The notes below the pieces were generated by a model, which saw only the letters and a list, made by a program, of their open reading frames with translations, made no database searches and was not told the origin of the DNA. Shown in pieces: positions 55,981 through 64,000 of a stretch of DNA of 64,000 nt; positions within the stretch are counted from its first letter, which is position 1, and the number at the start of each line of letters is the position of its first letter. A program made the translations under genes and the position numbers. Source of the DNA: Clostridia bacterium (GTDB lineage: Bacteria; Bacillota; Clostridia; Christensenellales; CAG-138); contig JAFXVP010000070.1 in the NCBI GenBank assembly GCA_017524445.1, positions 30,760-94,759 on the forward strand. Direction: 5' to 3'.

Positions 55981-56997
55981 ATGAAGCTTGCAGTTGACGT
56001 GATGGGCGGCGACAACGCGCCCGTGTCGGTGCTGGACGGCGTTCTGGCATTTTTGAAGGAGCCGGAAGCGGAGGGTGTGAACCTCCGATTGTTCGGTGAA
56101 GAGAAGGTTCTGAACGAGTTTTCGGCGGCGCATCCGGAAATCAAGGATCGGATCGAGACGGTTTTCACGACCGAGACGATCGGTATGGGCGAGCATCCGA
56201 CCGAGGCGATCCGCAAAAAGAAGGATTCAAGCCTGGTGAAGGCGCTCGAAGCCGTGCGCGACAAGGAAGCGGACTGCTTCTTCTCCGCAGGCTCTACCGG
56301 CGCAGTGCTGACCGGCGCGACGCTGATCGTGCGGCGGCACAAGGGCATCAAGCGCCCGGCGCTTGCCACGCTGATTCCGACGACGGCGGGTACGGTGACC
56401 GAGATCCTTGACTGCGGCGCAAACACGGACTGCAAGCCGGGCTATCTCGTGCAGTTTGCGCTGATGGGCGCGGCGTACCTTGAGGCGGTCGAGGGCGTGA
56501 AGAACCCGCGCGTAGGCCTTCTCTGCAACGGCACCGAGGAGGAGAAAGGCAACGCGCTCACGAAGGAAGCGCATCAGCGGCTGAAGGCGGTCGAAGGGCT
56601 GAACTTCATCGGCAACGTCGAGGCGCGCGACCTGACCAGCGGCGCGGTCGACGTGCTCGTCTGCGACGGGTTCGACGGCAACGTAATGCTGAAAACGACC
56701 GAGGGCGTGGCAAAGTGGATCTCCACCATGCTCAAAAAGACGCTGATGGAATCGACAAGCGGCAAGCTTGCCGGACTGATCGGAAAGAAATCGTTTGCGC
56801 AGCTCAAAAAGAAGCTCGACTACACCGAATACGGCGGTGCGCCGCTACTCGGCATCAACGGCGGCATCATAAAGGGACACGGAAGCTCCGACGCAAAGTC
56901 CGTCAAGGTCTGCCTTCTGCAGGCGACGCGGCTCGTGCGCGGGGGCGTGACGGAAAAGATCGGCAAGTTCGCGGAGACGCTGAACATTGAGGATTGA
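55981..56997 (+). CDS. plsX: Phosphate acyltransferase PlsX
   Basis: MKLAVDVMGGDNAP start and a family-typical body (ILDCGAN, VCDGFDGNVMLK). Confidence 0.95.
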   Translation: MKLAVDVMGGDNAPVSVLDGVLAFLKEPEAEGVNLRLFGEEKVLNEFSAAHPEIKDRIETVFTTETIGMGEHPTEAIRKKKDSSLVKALEAVRDKEADCFFSAGSTGAVLTGATLIVRRHKGIKRPALATLIPTTAGTVTEILDCGANTDCKPGYLVQFALMGAAYLEAVEGVKNPRVGLLCNGTEEEKGNALTKEAHQRLKAVEGLNFIGNVEARDLTSGAVDVLVCDGFDGNVMLKTTEGVAKWISTMLKKTLMESTSGKLAGLIGKKSFAQLKKKLDYTEYGGAPLLGINGGIIKGHGSSDAKSVKVCLLQATRLVRGGVTEKIGKFAETLNIED

Positions 56998-57066
56998 CAA
57001 ACGCAAATGTTTTGCGGTAAAATAACCAAGTGATCGAATCGTCCTTCGGGACGGAAGGGAGTTATC

Positions 57067-57288
57067 ATGGAATTCGAAAAAATCTGCGAGATCATCGGCA
57101 AACAGCTGGACATTGATCCCAAGAGCATCACGATGGAAAGCCACCTCGTAGAGGATCTGCATGCGGATTCTCTGGACGTGGTCGAGCTCGTTATGGATCT
57201 GGAACAGGAATTCGACACCGAGATCCCCGACGAGGAGCTGCCCAAAGTGCAGACCGTCGGCGATATTCTTCGTTATCTGCAGAAATAA
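57067..57288 (+). CDS. acpP: Acyl carrier protein
   Basis: [19 protein letters not shown] phosphopantetheine site, 73 aa. Confidence 0.97.
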   Translation: MEFEKICEIIGKQLDIDPKSITMESHLVEDLHADSLDVVELVMDLEQEFDTEIPDEELPKVQTVGDILRYLQK

Positions 57289-57311
57289 GCGGAAACAGGC
57301 AAGTCGAACCG

Positions 57312-57340
57312 AACCCGCACGAAACGTGTGCGGGTTTTTT
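57312..57340 (+). terminator. Hairpin with T-run after acpP
   Basis: aacccgcac-gaaacgt-gtgcgggtt followed by tttt. Confidence 0.75.
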
Positions 57341-57357
57341 GGTAAGAAGAATCGCGT

Positions 57358-58047
57358 ATGCTGACAAAAGAGCATTTAACTGAATTACAGGACCGCATCG
57401 GGTATTCGTTCGGAAATCCGGAGTATCTTCGGCGCGCGCTGATGCACTCGTCGTTCGTGCCCGGCGTGGGCGGCGACAACGAGCGCATGGAGTTTTTAGG
57501 CGACGCGGTGCTGGAGCTGTGCGTAAGCGAGGAGCTTTTCTTCCGCTTCCCGAACATGCAGGAGGGACAGCTTACCAAAAGCCGCGCGTCGATCGTGTGC
57601 GAATCGGCTTTGTTCGAAGCGGCAAAGGGCGTCGGGCTCGGGGAATTTCTGCTTTTGGGCCACGGCGAGGACGCAAGCGGCGGGCGTGAAAAGCCCTCGA
57701 TCCTGTCCGACGCGTTCGAGGCGGTGATCGCCGCGATCTATCTGGACGGCGGCTTTATTCCCGCGCGCGTATTCATCCGTCGGTTTGTGCTGCCGCTATT
57801 GGACCTTTCCGAAAAGATCTTCGAAAAGGACCACAAGACGCGGCTGCAGGAGCTGATCCACGCGAAAACGCACGGCAAACAGGTGACCTACCGGCTCGCG
57901 GGCGAGAAAGGTCCGGATCACGATAAGACCTTTACGATGCAGGCGCTGCTGGAGGAAAAGATCCTCGGCGAGGGCAGCGGACATTCAAAACAGAGCGCGG
58001 GACAGGCGGCGGCCGCGGACGCGCTTTCGAGGCTGGAAGCAAAATGA
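57358..58047 (+). CDS. rnc: Ribonuclease III
   Basis: NERMEFLGDAVLEL signature followed by a dsRBD (GPDHDKTF...GEGSGHSKQSAGQAAA). Confidence 0.96.
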   Translation: MLTKEHLTELQDRIGYSFGNPEYLRRALMHSSFVPGVGGDNERMEFLGDAVLELCVSEELFFRFPNMQEGQLTKSRASIVCESALFEAAKGVGLGEFLLLGHGEDASGGREKPSILSDAFEAVIAAIYLDGGFIPARVFIRRFVLPLLDLSEKIFEKDHKTRLQELIHAKTHGKQVTYRLAGEKGPDHDKTFTMQALLEEKILGEGSGHSKQSAGQAAAADALSRLEAK

Positions 58048-61000
58048 GACTCACCAGACTGGACATATCCGGCTTCAAGTCGTTTGCGAAAAAGACCGAG
58101 CTTCAATTCGGCTCGGGCATTACGGCGGTTATCGGACCGAACGGCAGCGGCAAGAGCAATATCGCGGACGCGGTGCGCTGGGTGCTCGGCGAGCAAAGCG
58201 CGCGTGCTTTGCGCGGCTCGAAAATGGAGGACGTCATCTTCAACGGCACGCAGAAGCGCAAGCCGCAGTCGATGTGCGAGGTCACGCTGACGTTCGACAA
58301 CGGTGATCATCTGCTTCCGATCGAGTACGACGAGGTCGCGGTGACGCGCCGCATGTTCCGTTCGGGCGAAAGCGAATACGTGCTGAACGGGCGGAATTGC
58401 CGCTTAAAGGACATTTCCGAGCTGTTCCGCGATACGGGTATCGGCAAGGACGGCTATTCGATCATTTCGCAGGGGCGTGTCGACGAGATCCTTTCGAACA
58501 AGTCCGGCGATCGCAGGACGGCGCTCGAGGAGGCGGCGGGCGTGATGCGCTATCGCGTGCGCAAGGAGGAAGCAGAGCGCAAGCTTGAAAATGCCGAGCG
58601 CAACATGGAACGCATCGCGGACACGCTGAAAGAACTCGGCGAACGGCTGGAGCCCTTGAAAGAACAGAGCGCGACGGCACGTGTTTATCTGAAGCTTCGC
58701 GAGGAACTCAAAGACCTTGAGGTCAACCTGTTCCTCTATAGCAGCGACCGCATGCGTGAGCGCATGAAAACGCTATCGGAGCAGACCGCAGCGCTGGAAG
58801 CGGACATCGCGCTGAACGAAGAGAAAAACCGCACGCTCGGCGAACAGTCGCTTGCGCTCGAAGCGCAGGTGCGCGAGATTGACGAACGCGCAAGCGCGCA
58901 GCAGAACAAGGTCATCGAGATGCTGTCCGGCGTGGAGTCGCACGTCGGCGAAAGCAATCTTCTGATCGAGCGGCGCGAGCACGCGAAAAAAGAGATCGTG
59001 CGCGTGACCGGCGAACGCGACGGTGCAAAGCGCGCGTGCGCAGAGTTAGAGGCGCAGATCACGGCGAACGGACAGGACGACGAAAACGTCGAGGAGCTCG
59101 GCGCACTCTCGGAGGAGATCGAAACGGAGACCGAAGCGATCAGGACCATGGACGAAGCGATCGCGGCGCGCGAAGCGTCGGTCGAAGAACGGAAAGCCGC
59201 CGTCATGGAGGCAATGAACCGCCTTGCGGACGCAAAGAGCGATTTGAGCCGCTTCGATACGATGGCGGCGGCGCTTCGGGATCGTTTGGTCGCGCTTGAC
59301 GGCGAGGAAGCCGAAGCGAGGGCAAAGGTCGATGCGCTCAAAAAAGAGGCGGAGGATGCAAAGAAAGCGGAGCAGGCACAGGCGGCGAAGATGAACGAGC
59401 ACGTTGCGGCGCGGAAGACCGCGCAGCGCGAACGGCTCGAAATGGAATCGGATTTCCTTGCCATGCAGGCGGAGCTTCGCGTGTGCGAACAGAACGTCGG
59501 CGCGCTGTCTTCGCGCGAGCGTGTGCTTTCCGAAATGGTGCGTTCGCACGAGGGCTATCAGAACAGCGTCCGCGCTGTGCTGACCGCGGCGGAGACCGAT
59601 GCGACGCTGAAAGGATGTGTCATCGGTCCGGTTGCGGAACTGTTGAAGGTCCCGAAAAAATACGAAACCGCGATCGGCATGTCGCTGGGCGGTTCGCTCC
59701 AGAACATCGTCGCACCGACGGCAGAGGACGCGAAAACGGTCATCGAGTACGCGAGAAAGAACGATCTCGGGCGTGTGACCCTGCTGCCTCTCACGCTGCT
59801 CATGCCGAATCCGCTGAATGAAAAGGAGCGCGCGCTGCTCAAAGAACCCGGCGTCGTCGGGCTTGCGAGCGAGCTTGTCACCTGCGATAAGCACGTATCC
59901 GTCGTTGCGGACTATCTGCTCGGACGCACGGTCGTTACCGATTCGCTCGACGCGGCGATCGCGCTGCGCAAGAAATCCAAAAACGCGTTCCATATCGCAA
60001 CGCTTCTGGGCGACTTCCTGTCCACCGGCGGCACGATGACGGGCGGCAGTCTCAAAAAGACCGGCTTCTCGCTGCTCGGACGCGAGCGCGAGGTCGAGGA
60101 AATCAAAAAACAACTGAAAGCCGCGGAGAATGCGGTTTCCGATAAGCAGAACCAGATCGAAGCGCAGAAAAAGCAGATGCTTCTGAAGGACGCGCAGATC
60201 GACGGATTCCTCGGCGCGTCGCACGAGGACGAGCTGGAGCTTGTCCGGCTCAGGGAACAGCGCGAGATCATCGAGCGCGACCTTCGTGACGCGGAGGAGA
60301 CGGTTGAGGAGCTTTGCGACGAGCGCGGCGACGTCAACGAGAGTATTGCCGATATCCAAAAGCGGCGCGCGGCGGCGGCGTCCGTGGAGGACGACATCCA
60401 GAAGCAGAATCTGGAGAGCACGGAGGACATCCGCAAGGAGCAGCTTTCGATCGCGGAGGCAAAGAATGCGCGTGAGCTGCGCGTGCAGGCGCTGACCGAA
60501 CGGCGCATCCGTCTTGCCGCGCTCGAAAAGGAAGCCGATGCGCGGCGCGCGGAGCGTCACCGGCTCACCCGTGAGCTGCTGCTCACCGAACAGCGCGTAC
60601 AGTCCTTTGAAGCGGAGATCAGAACGCTCGAGGAGTCGGTCGCCGCGGCGGGCGCGCGGCTTTCCGAAATGGAACAGAGCATTTCCGGCGAGCAGGCGGA
60701 ACTCTCCCGCGCAAAGGAGGAGCAATCGAAGCTCGAAGCGGAACGTACGCGGCTGAACGAGCTTTTGAGCCAGTACCGGCGCGAACGCGACGCGCTTTCG
60801 GACGCGTACCGCACGCTCGGCGAGCGCAAGCACAAAAACGAGCTCGCCATGAGCCGCATGGAGATGGAGCTCAAGGCGAGCGCGGACCGCATCTGGGAGG
60901 ACTACGAGCTGACCTACGAGAACGCGCAGGCGCTCCGGCACGATATCGCGGTCGGCGCGACGCAAAGCCGCGTCAACGCCCTGAAAGCGGAGATCCGCGG

Positions 61001-61604
61001 ACTCGGCGACGTCAACGTTTCCGCGATCGAGGATTACCGCACGGTGTCCGAACGACACGAATCGCTGTCGACGCAGTACGCCGATCTCGAAAAGGCGAAG
61101 GCAGACCTGTACACGCTGATCGGACAGCTCACAAAGACGATGGAACAGACGTTCGTCACGGAGTTTGAGAAGATCCAAAGTAACTTTGCGGACACGTTCA
61201 TCGAACTGTTCGGCGGCGGGCACGCGGAGCTGCGGCTTTCGGACAAGAACGACGTATTGAACTGCGATATCGACATCATTGCGCAGCCGCCGGGAAAGAA
61301 ACTGCAGCTATTGTCCCTGCTTTCGGGCGGCGAGCGCGCGCTGACAGCGATCGCGCTGCTGTTCGCGATGCTGAAGCTCAAAGCGCCGGCGTTCTGTGTG
61401 CTTGACGAGATCGAGACCTCGCTGGACGAGGCGAACGTGTCGAAGTTCGCGAATTATCTCAAGGTATATTCCGAGGGAACGCAGTTCATCATCATCACGC
61501 ACCGCAAGGGCAGCATGGAGGTCTGCGACACGCTCTACGGCGTCGCAATGGAAGAAAAAGGTATTTCGAGCATCGTCTCGGCAAGATTCGGAGAAACGGC
61601 ATAA
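58044..61604 (+). CDS. smc: Chromosome segregation protein SMC
   Basis: GPNGSGKSN Walker A, long coiled coils, hinge, LSGGERALTAIALLFA signature; 1186 aa. Confidence 0.98.
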   Translation: MRLTRLDISGFKSFAKKTELQFGSGITAVIGPNGSGKSNIADAVRWVLGEQSARALRGSKMEDVIFNGTQKRKPQSMCEVTLTFDNGDHLLPIEYDEVAVTRRMFRSGESEYVLNGRNCRLKDISELFRDTGIGKDGYSIISQGRVDEILSNKSGDRRTALEEAAGVMRYRVRKEEAERKLENAERNMERIADTLKELGERLEPLKEQSATARVYLKLREELKDLEVNLFLYSSDRMRERMKTLSEQTAALEADIALNEEKNRTLGEQSLALEAQVREIDERASAQQNKVIEMLSGVESHVGESNLLIERREHAKKEIVRVTGERDGAKRACAELEAQITANGQDDENVEELGALSEEIETETEAIRTMDEAIAAREASVEERKAAVMEAMNRLADAKSDLSRFDTMAAALRDRLVALDGEEAEARAKVDALKKEAEDAKKAEQAQAAKMNEHVAARKTAQRERLEMESDFLAMQAELRVCEQNVGALSSRERVLSEMVRSHEGYQNSVRAVLTAAETDATLKGCVIGPVAELLKVPKKYETAIGMSLGGSLQNIVAPTAEDAKTVIEYARKNDLGRVTLLPLTLLMPNPLNEKERALLKEPGVVGLASELVTCDKHVSVVADYLLGRTVVTDSLDAAIALRKKSKNAFHIATLLGDFLSTGGTMTGGSLKKTGFSLLGREREVEEIKKQLKAAENAVSDKQNQIEAQKKQMLLKDAQIDGFLGASHEDELELVRLREQREIIERDLRDAEETVEELCDERGDVNESIADIQKRRAAAASVEDDIQKQNLESTEDIRKEQLSIAEAKNARELRVQALTERRIRLAALEKEADARRAERHRLTRELLLTEQRVQSFEAEIRTLEESVAAAGARLSEMEQSISGEQAELSRAKEEQSKLEAERTRLNELLSQYRRERDALSDAYRTLGERKHKNELAMSRMEMELKASADRIWEDYELTYENAQALRHDIAVGATQSRVNALKAEIRGLGDVNVSAIEDYRTVSERHESLSTQYADLEKAKADLYTLIGQLTKTMEQTFVTEFEKIQSNFADTFIELFGGGHAELRLSDKNDVLNCDIDIIAQPPGKKLQLLSLLSGGERALTAIALLFAMLKLKAPAFCVLDEIETSLDEANVSKFANYLKVYSEGTQFIIITHRKGSMEVCDTLYGVAMEEKGISSIVSARFGETA

Positions 61605-62524
61605 TGGAGCAAAAGGAAAAGAAAAAGGGCTGGCTTTCCCGCCTGAAGGAAGGCATGCACAAAACGAGCAACTGGTTTTCCACCCTGTTCAACAAGGACG
61701 GCATCAACGACGACTTCTATGAGGAGCTCGAGGAGGCTATGATCCTTGCCGACATGGGCATGGAGACGGCGGAGCGGCTGCTGGACGGATTGCGCGAAAA
61801 GGTCAAAGCGGATAAGCTCACCGACCGCGCGGACGCGAAAAAGGCGCTCGAAGGGCTCATTGCGGGCGCGGTGAAGACGGACAAGCCCTTCTTAGGCGAC
61901 AAAGGCCCCGCGGTGCTTCTGATCGTCGGCGTGAACGGCGTCGGCAAGACCACCACGATCGGCAAGATCGCAAACGAGTACGCGCAGGCCGGCAGGAAGC
62001 CCATGATCGCGGCGGCGGATACCTTCCGCGCGGCGGCTGCCGAGCAACTCGGCGAGTGGGCAAACCGCGCGGGCGTACCAATGGTGCGTCATCAGGAAGG
62101 CGCAGACCCGGCAGCAGTCGTGTTCGACGCGATCGCTTCGTACCGCGCAAAAGGCTGCGATCTGCTGCTCGTCGACACGGCGGGACGGCTGCACAACAAA
62201 AAGAACCTCATGAACGAGCTGAACAAGATCCGCCGCGTGATCGCGCGCGAGCTTCCCGACGTGCCGTGCGAGGTCCTGCTTGTGCTCGACGCGACCACGG
62301 GACAGAACGCCGTCGCGCAGGCGGAAGCGTTTCTGGAGGTCTGCGAGTTGACCGGCGTGATCCTCACGAAGCTCGACGGCACCGCAAAGGGCGGCGTGAC
62401 CGTGCAGATTTCCGACATGCTGCACGTGCCGATCCGCTTCATCGGCGTAGGCGAGGGGATCGACGATCTCAAACGCTTCGACGCGGACGAGTTTGCGGCG
62501 GCGCTTCTGGAAACCGACGAATAA
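61604..62524 (+). CDS. ftsY: Signal recognition particle receptor FtsY
   Basis: GVNGVGKTTTIGK, DTAGRL, TKLDGTAKGG motifs. Confidence 0.97.
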   Translation: MEQKEKKKGWLSRLKEGMHKTSNWFSTLFNKDGINDDFYEELEEAMILADMGMETAERLLDGLREKVKADKLTDRADAKKALEGLIAGAVKTDKPFLGDKGPAVLLIVGVNGVGKTTTIGKIANEYAQAGRKPMIAAADTFRAAAAEQLGEWANRAGVPMVRHQEGADPAAVVFDAIASYRAKGCDLLLVDTAGRLHNKKNLMNELNKIRRVIARELPDVPCEVLLVLDATTGQNAVAQAEAFLEVCELTGVILTKLDGTAKGGVTVQISDMLHVPIRFIGVGEGIDDLKRFDADEFAAALLETDE

Positions 62525-62529
62525 CACTT

Positions 62530-62557
62530 AGCACCGCATATCGCGGTGCTTTTTTTG
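62530..62557 (+). terminator. Rho-independent terminator after ftsY
   Basis: agcaccgc-atatc-gcggtgct followed by ttttttt. Confidence 0.8.
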
Positions 62558-62605
62558 AAAAAACTTTGTAAGATTTTCCGATCTTCTGCGTCCTATAAAG
62601 GGAAG

Positions 62606-63097
62606 ATGAAAACGATGGAGACATTCGAACAGATTTATCGCGCATATTTCACGGACGTTTACCGCTATTGCCTGAAGCTTTGCGGCAACGCCGATGAAGC
62701 CGAGGAGCTGACGGGCGAGACCTTTTTGAAGGCAATGCAAAAACTCGACAGCTACCGCGGCGAGTGCGAGCTGCGCGTCTGGCTCTGCAGTATCGCCAAG
62801 AACAGGTACCTATCCGAACAGCGAAAGCGAAAACCGGAACCGCTTTCCGACACGCTCGAAAGCCCCGCGGATTCGCCGGAGGACCTTGCGGTGCGAACCG
62901 ACGAGACCGAACGCGTGAGCGAGGCGGTGCACCGTCTCGACGAACCGTATAAGGAGGTCTTTCTCTTACGCGTGTACGGCGAAATGCCGTTCGAGAGCAT
63001 CGGCAAACTGTTTGGCAAAACGGCAAACTGGGCATGCGTCACCTTCCACCGCGCGAAATCGCGAATCAAATCCGAACTGGAGGAAACGAAACAATGA
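62606..63097 (+). CDS. ECF-type RNA polymerase sigma factor (alternative start at 62615)
   Basis: Region 2 (FEQIYRAYFTDVYRYCLKL...AEELTGETFLKA) and region 4 (PYKEVFLLRVYGEMPFESIGKLFGKTANWACVTFHRAK). Confidence 0.88.
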   Translation: MKTMETFEQIYRAYFTDVYRYCLKLCGNADEAEELTGETFLKAMQKLDSYRGECELRVWLCSIAKNRYLSEQRKRKPEPLSDTLESPADSPEDLAVRTDETERVSEAVHRLDEPYKEVFLLRVYGEMPFESIGKLFGKTANWACVTFHRAKSRIKSELEETKQ

Positions 63098-64000
63098 AGG
63101 ATTGCGGGATCGTAAAGGATCTGCTGCCGCTTTACGCGGAGGATATGGCGAGCGAGGAATCCGCCGCCTTTGTAAAAACCCATCTGGAAACCTGCGAGGA
63201 CTGCAGAAAAGCGTTCGAGGAACTGAAAGCGCCGGTGGAAGCGGAACCTGCCGCGCCTTTGAAAACCGTGAAAAGAGCGGTGAAAAAGCGCGGATGGCTG
63301 ATCGCGGGACTGATCGCGTGTCTTGTCGCCGCACTGCTGATCGGTGTGTTCGCACGGCTGAAAAAGGCGATCCCGGTAACGTCGTCGGACGAAGCGTTTG
63401 ATTCGATCGAGATCCGCCGGAAGAGCGTGGAGATCGTGGAGGGCGCGGATCTCCATCTGAAGAACGTTTCCGTTGTTACGCCGGACCCGGCCGGCTTTAC
63501 GCTGCCGGGAACGGAAGATACCGAGGATCCGGATACGGAGTTGGTGAAAGCGGTGCAGCAGCAGATCCTCGTCATTGTTGACGGTGTTTCACAGGAACAA
63601 CTCTGTTACGTTGTTTTGCCGGACGACAAGCCGGCACTGAATGATACGGTCTGTTCGGAACAGGATACGCAGGCAACGCCGATCCCGTACGGTGATATCA
63701 AAATCGTTGTGAAGGAACTGCCGCATGATGATACGAAAGCGGAGAATATCGGCGATCGGACGAATGAACCGGAGATCGTGGGAATCCCGCAGCGGCTGCT
63801 GCTCACTGCCGATCCTTCTGTAGAAAAGATCGGGATCGAGAAGACAGGGAACGAGCTGTTTGTATGCGCATATACGACGCTGTGGCGTACGTGGTTTGGT
63901 AAAGACAAGGAACCGGAGCAGGCACAGATCGCGCTTACGGACGTTGACGCGGTATTCTTCGAACCGTTCAACAACACGGAGCACGAGACGCTGTATGTAA
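63094..64000 (+). CDS. Anti-sigma factor (zf-HC2) with one TM and an acidic extracytoplasmic domain; the 3' end is beyond the window
   Basis: I translated this by hand from ATG 63094 (ATGA overlap with the sigma stop): MKDCGIVKDLLPLYAEDMASEESAAFVKTHLETCEDCRKAF..., with TM GWLIAGLIACLVAALLIGVF. The frame stays open to base 64000. Confidence 0.8.
   Translation, partial: MKDCGIVKDLLPLYAEDMASEESAAFVKTHLETCEDCRKAFEELKAPVEAEPAAPLKTVKRAVKKRGWLIAGLIACLVAALLIGVFARLKKAIPVTSSDEAFDSIEIRRKSVEIVEGADLHLKNVSVVTPDPAGFTLPGTEDTEDPDTELVKAVQQQILVIVDGVSQEQLCYVVLPDDKPALNDTVCSEQDTQATPIPYGDIKIVVKELPHDDTKAENIGDRTNEPEIVGIPQRLLLTADPSVEKIGIEKTGNELFVCAYTTLWRTWFGKDKEPEQAQIALTDVDAVFFEPFNNTEHETLYV

Noticed and set aside
1-64000. 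Prophage, integrative element, defence island, toxin-antitoxin, CRISPR-Cas, rRNA or tRNA genes
   Set aside because: No integrase, transposase, recombinase, phage structural, restriction-modification, cas or recognisable TA genes appear in the ORF translations. No intergenic gap is large or structured enough to hold rRNA, and no tRNA-like cloverleaf was noticed. This was a manual scan, not a tRNAscan or Infernal run.

Overview
This is a 64-kb, high-G+C chromosomal segment of Firmicutes/Clostridia type. Spore-former and Oscillospiraceae-like hallmarks include ytfI/ytfJ, an IspH-S1 fusion and a dockerin protein. Almost everything is on the + strand and densely packed. Most of it is conserved housekeeping: cmk-plsC-ispH/rpsA; two paralogous BMP-lipoprotein nucleoside ABC uptake operons; ytfIJ-dacB-rluB; adenine deaminase; a Na+-pumping oxaloacetate decarboxylase operon (oadG-BCCP-oadB-oadA) running into pgsA; rimP-nusA-ylxR-ylxQ-infB-rbfA-nrnA-truB-ribF; rpsO; pnp-M16 peptidase-dUTPase; yggS-sepF-divIVA; ygiQ; yceD-rpmF; plsX-acpP-rnc-smc-ftsY; and an ECF sigma/anti-sigma pair cut by the window end. 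I recognised no rRNA, tRNA, CRISPR array, transposase, integrase or known defence genes. I did not find a clear new multi-gene system. The non-routine content is as follows. (1) A roughly 7.6-kb variable island sits between rpmF and plsX. It carries a NUDIX gene, an LRR+dockerin surface protein, a relic 3' end of a second NUDIX gene, a lower-GC zinc-ribbon membrane protein and an ABC-2 exporter. It is bordered by a mosaic of REP-like palindromes. (2) rpmF itself has two in-frame TGA codons with conserved sequence continuing past them. (3) surE is split by a 1-nt frameshift. (4) An unrecognised 199-aa ORF overlaps the adenine deaminase stop and lies next to a ~22% G+C repeat-bearing island. (5) Identical 12-bp PAEQ-coding tandem repeats occur in two otherwise divergent BMP lipoproteins. 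(6) A divergent PIG-L-type exo-deacetylase has a Pro/Thr stalk and a C-terminal anchor. All calls come from reading the sequence and ORF translations; no searches were run.
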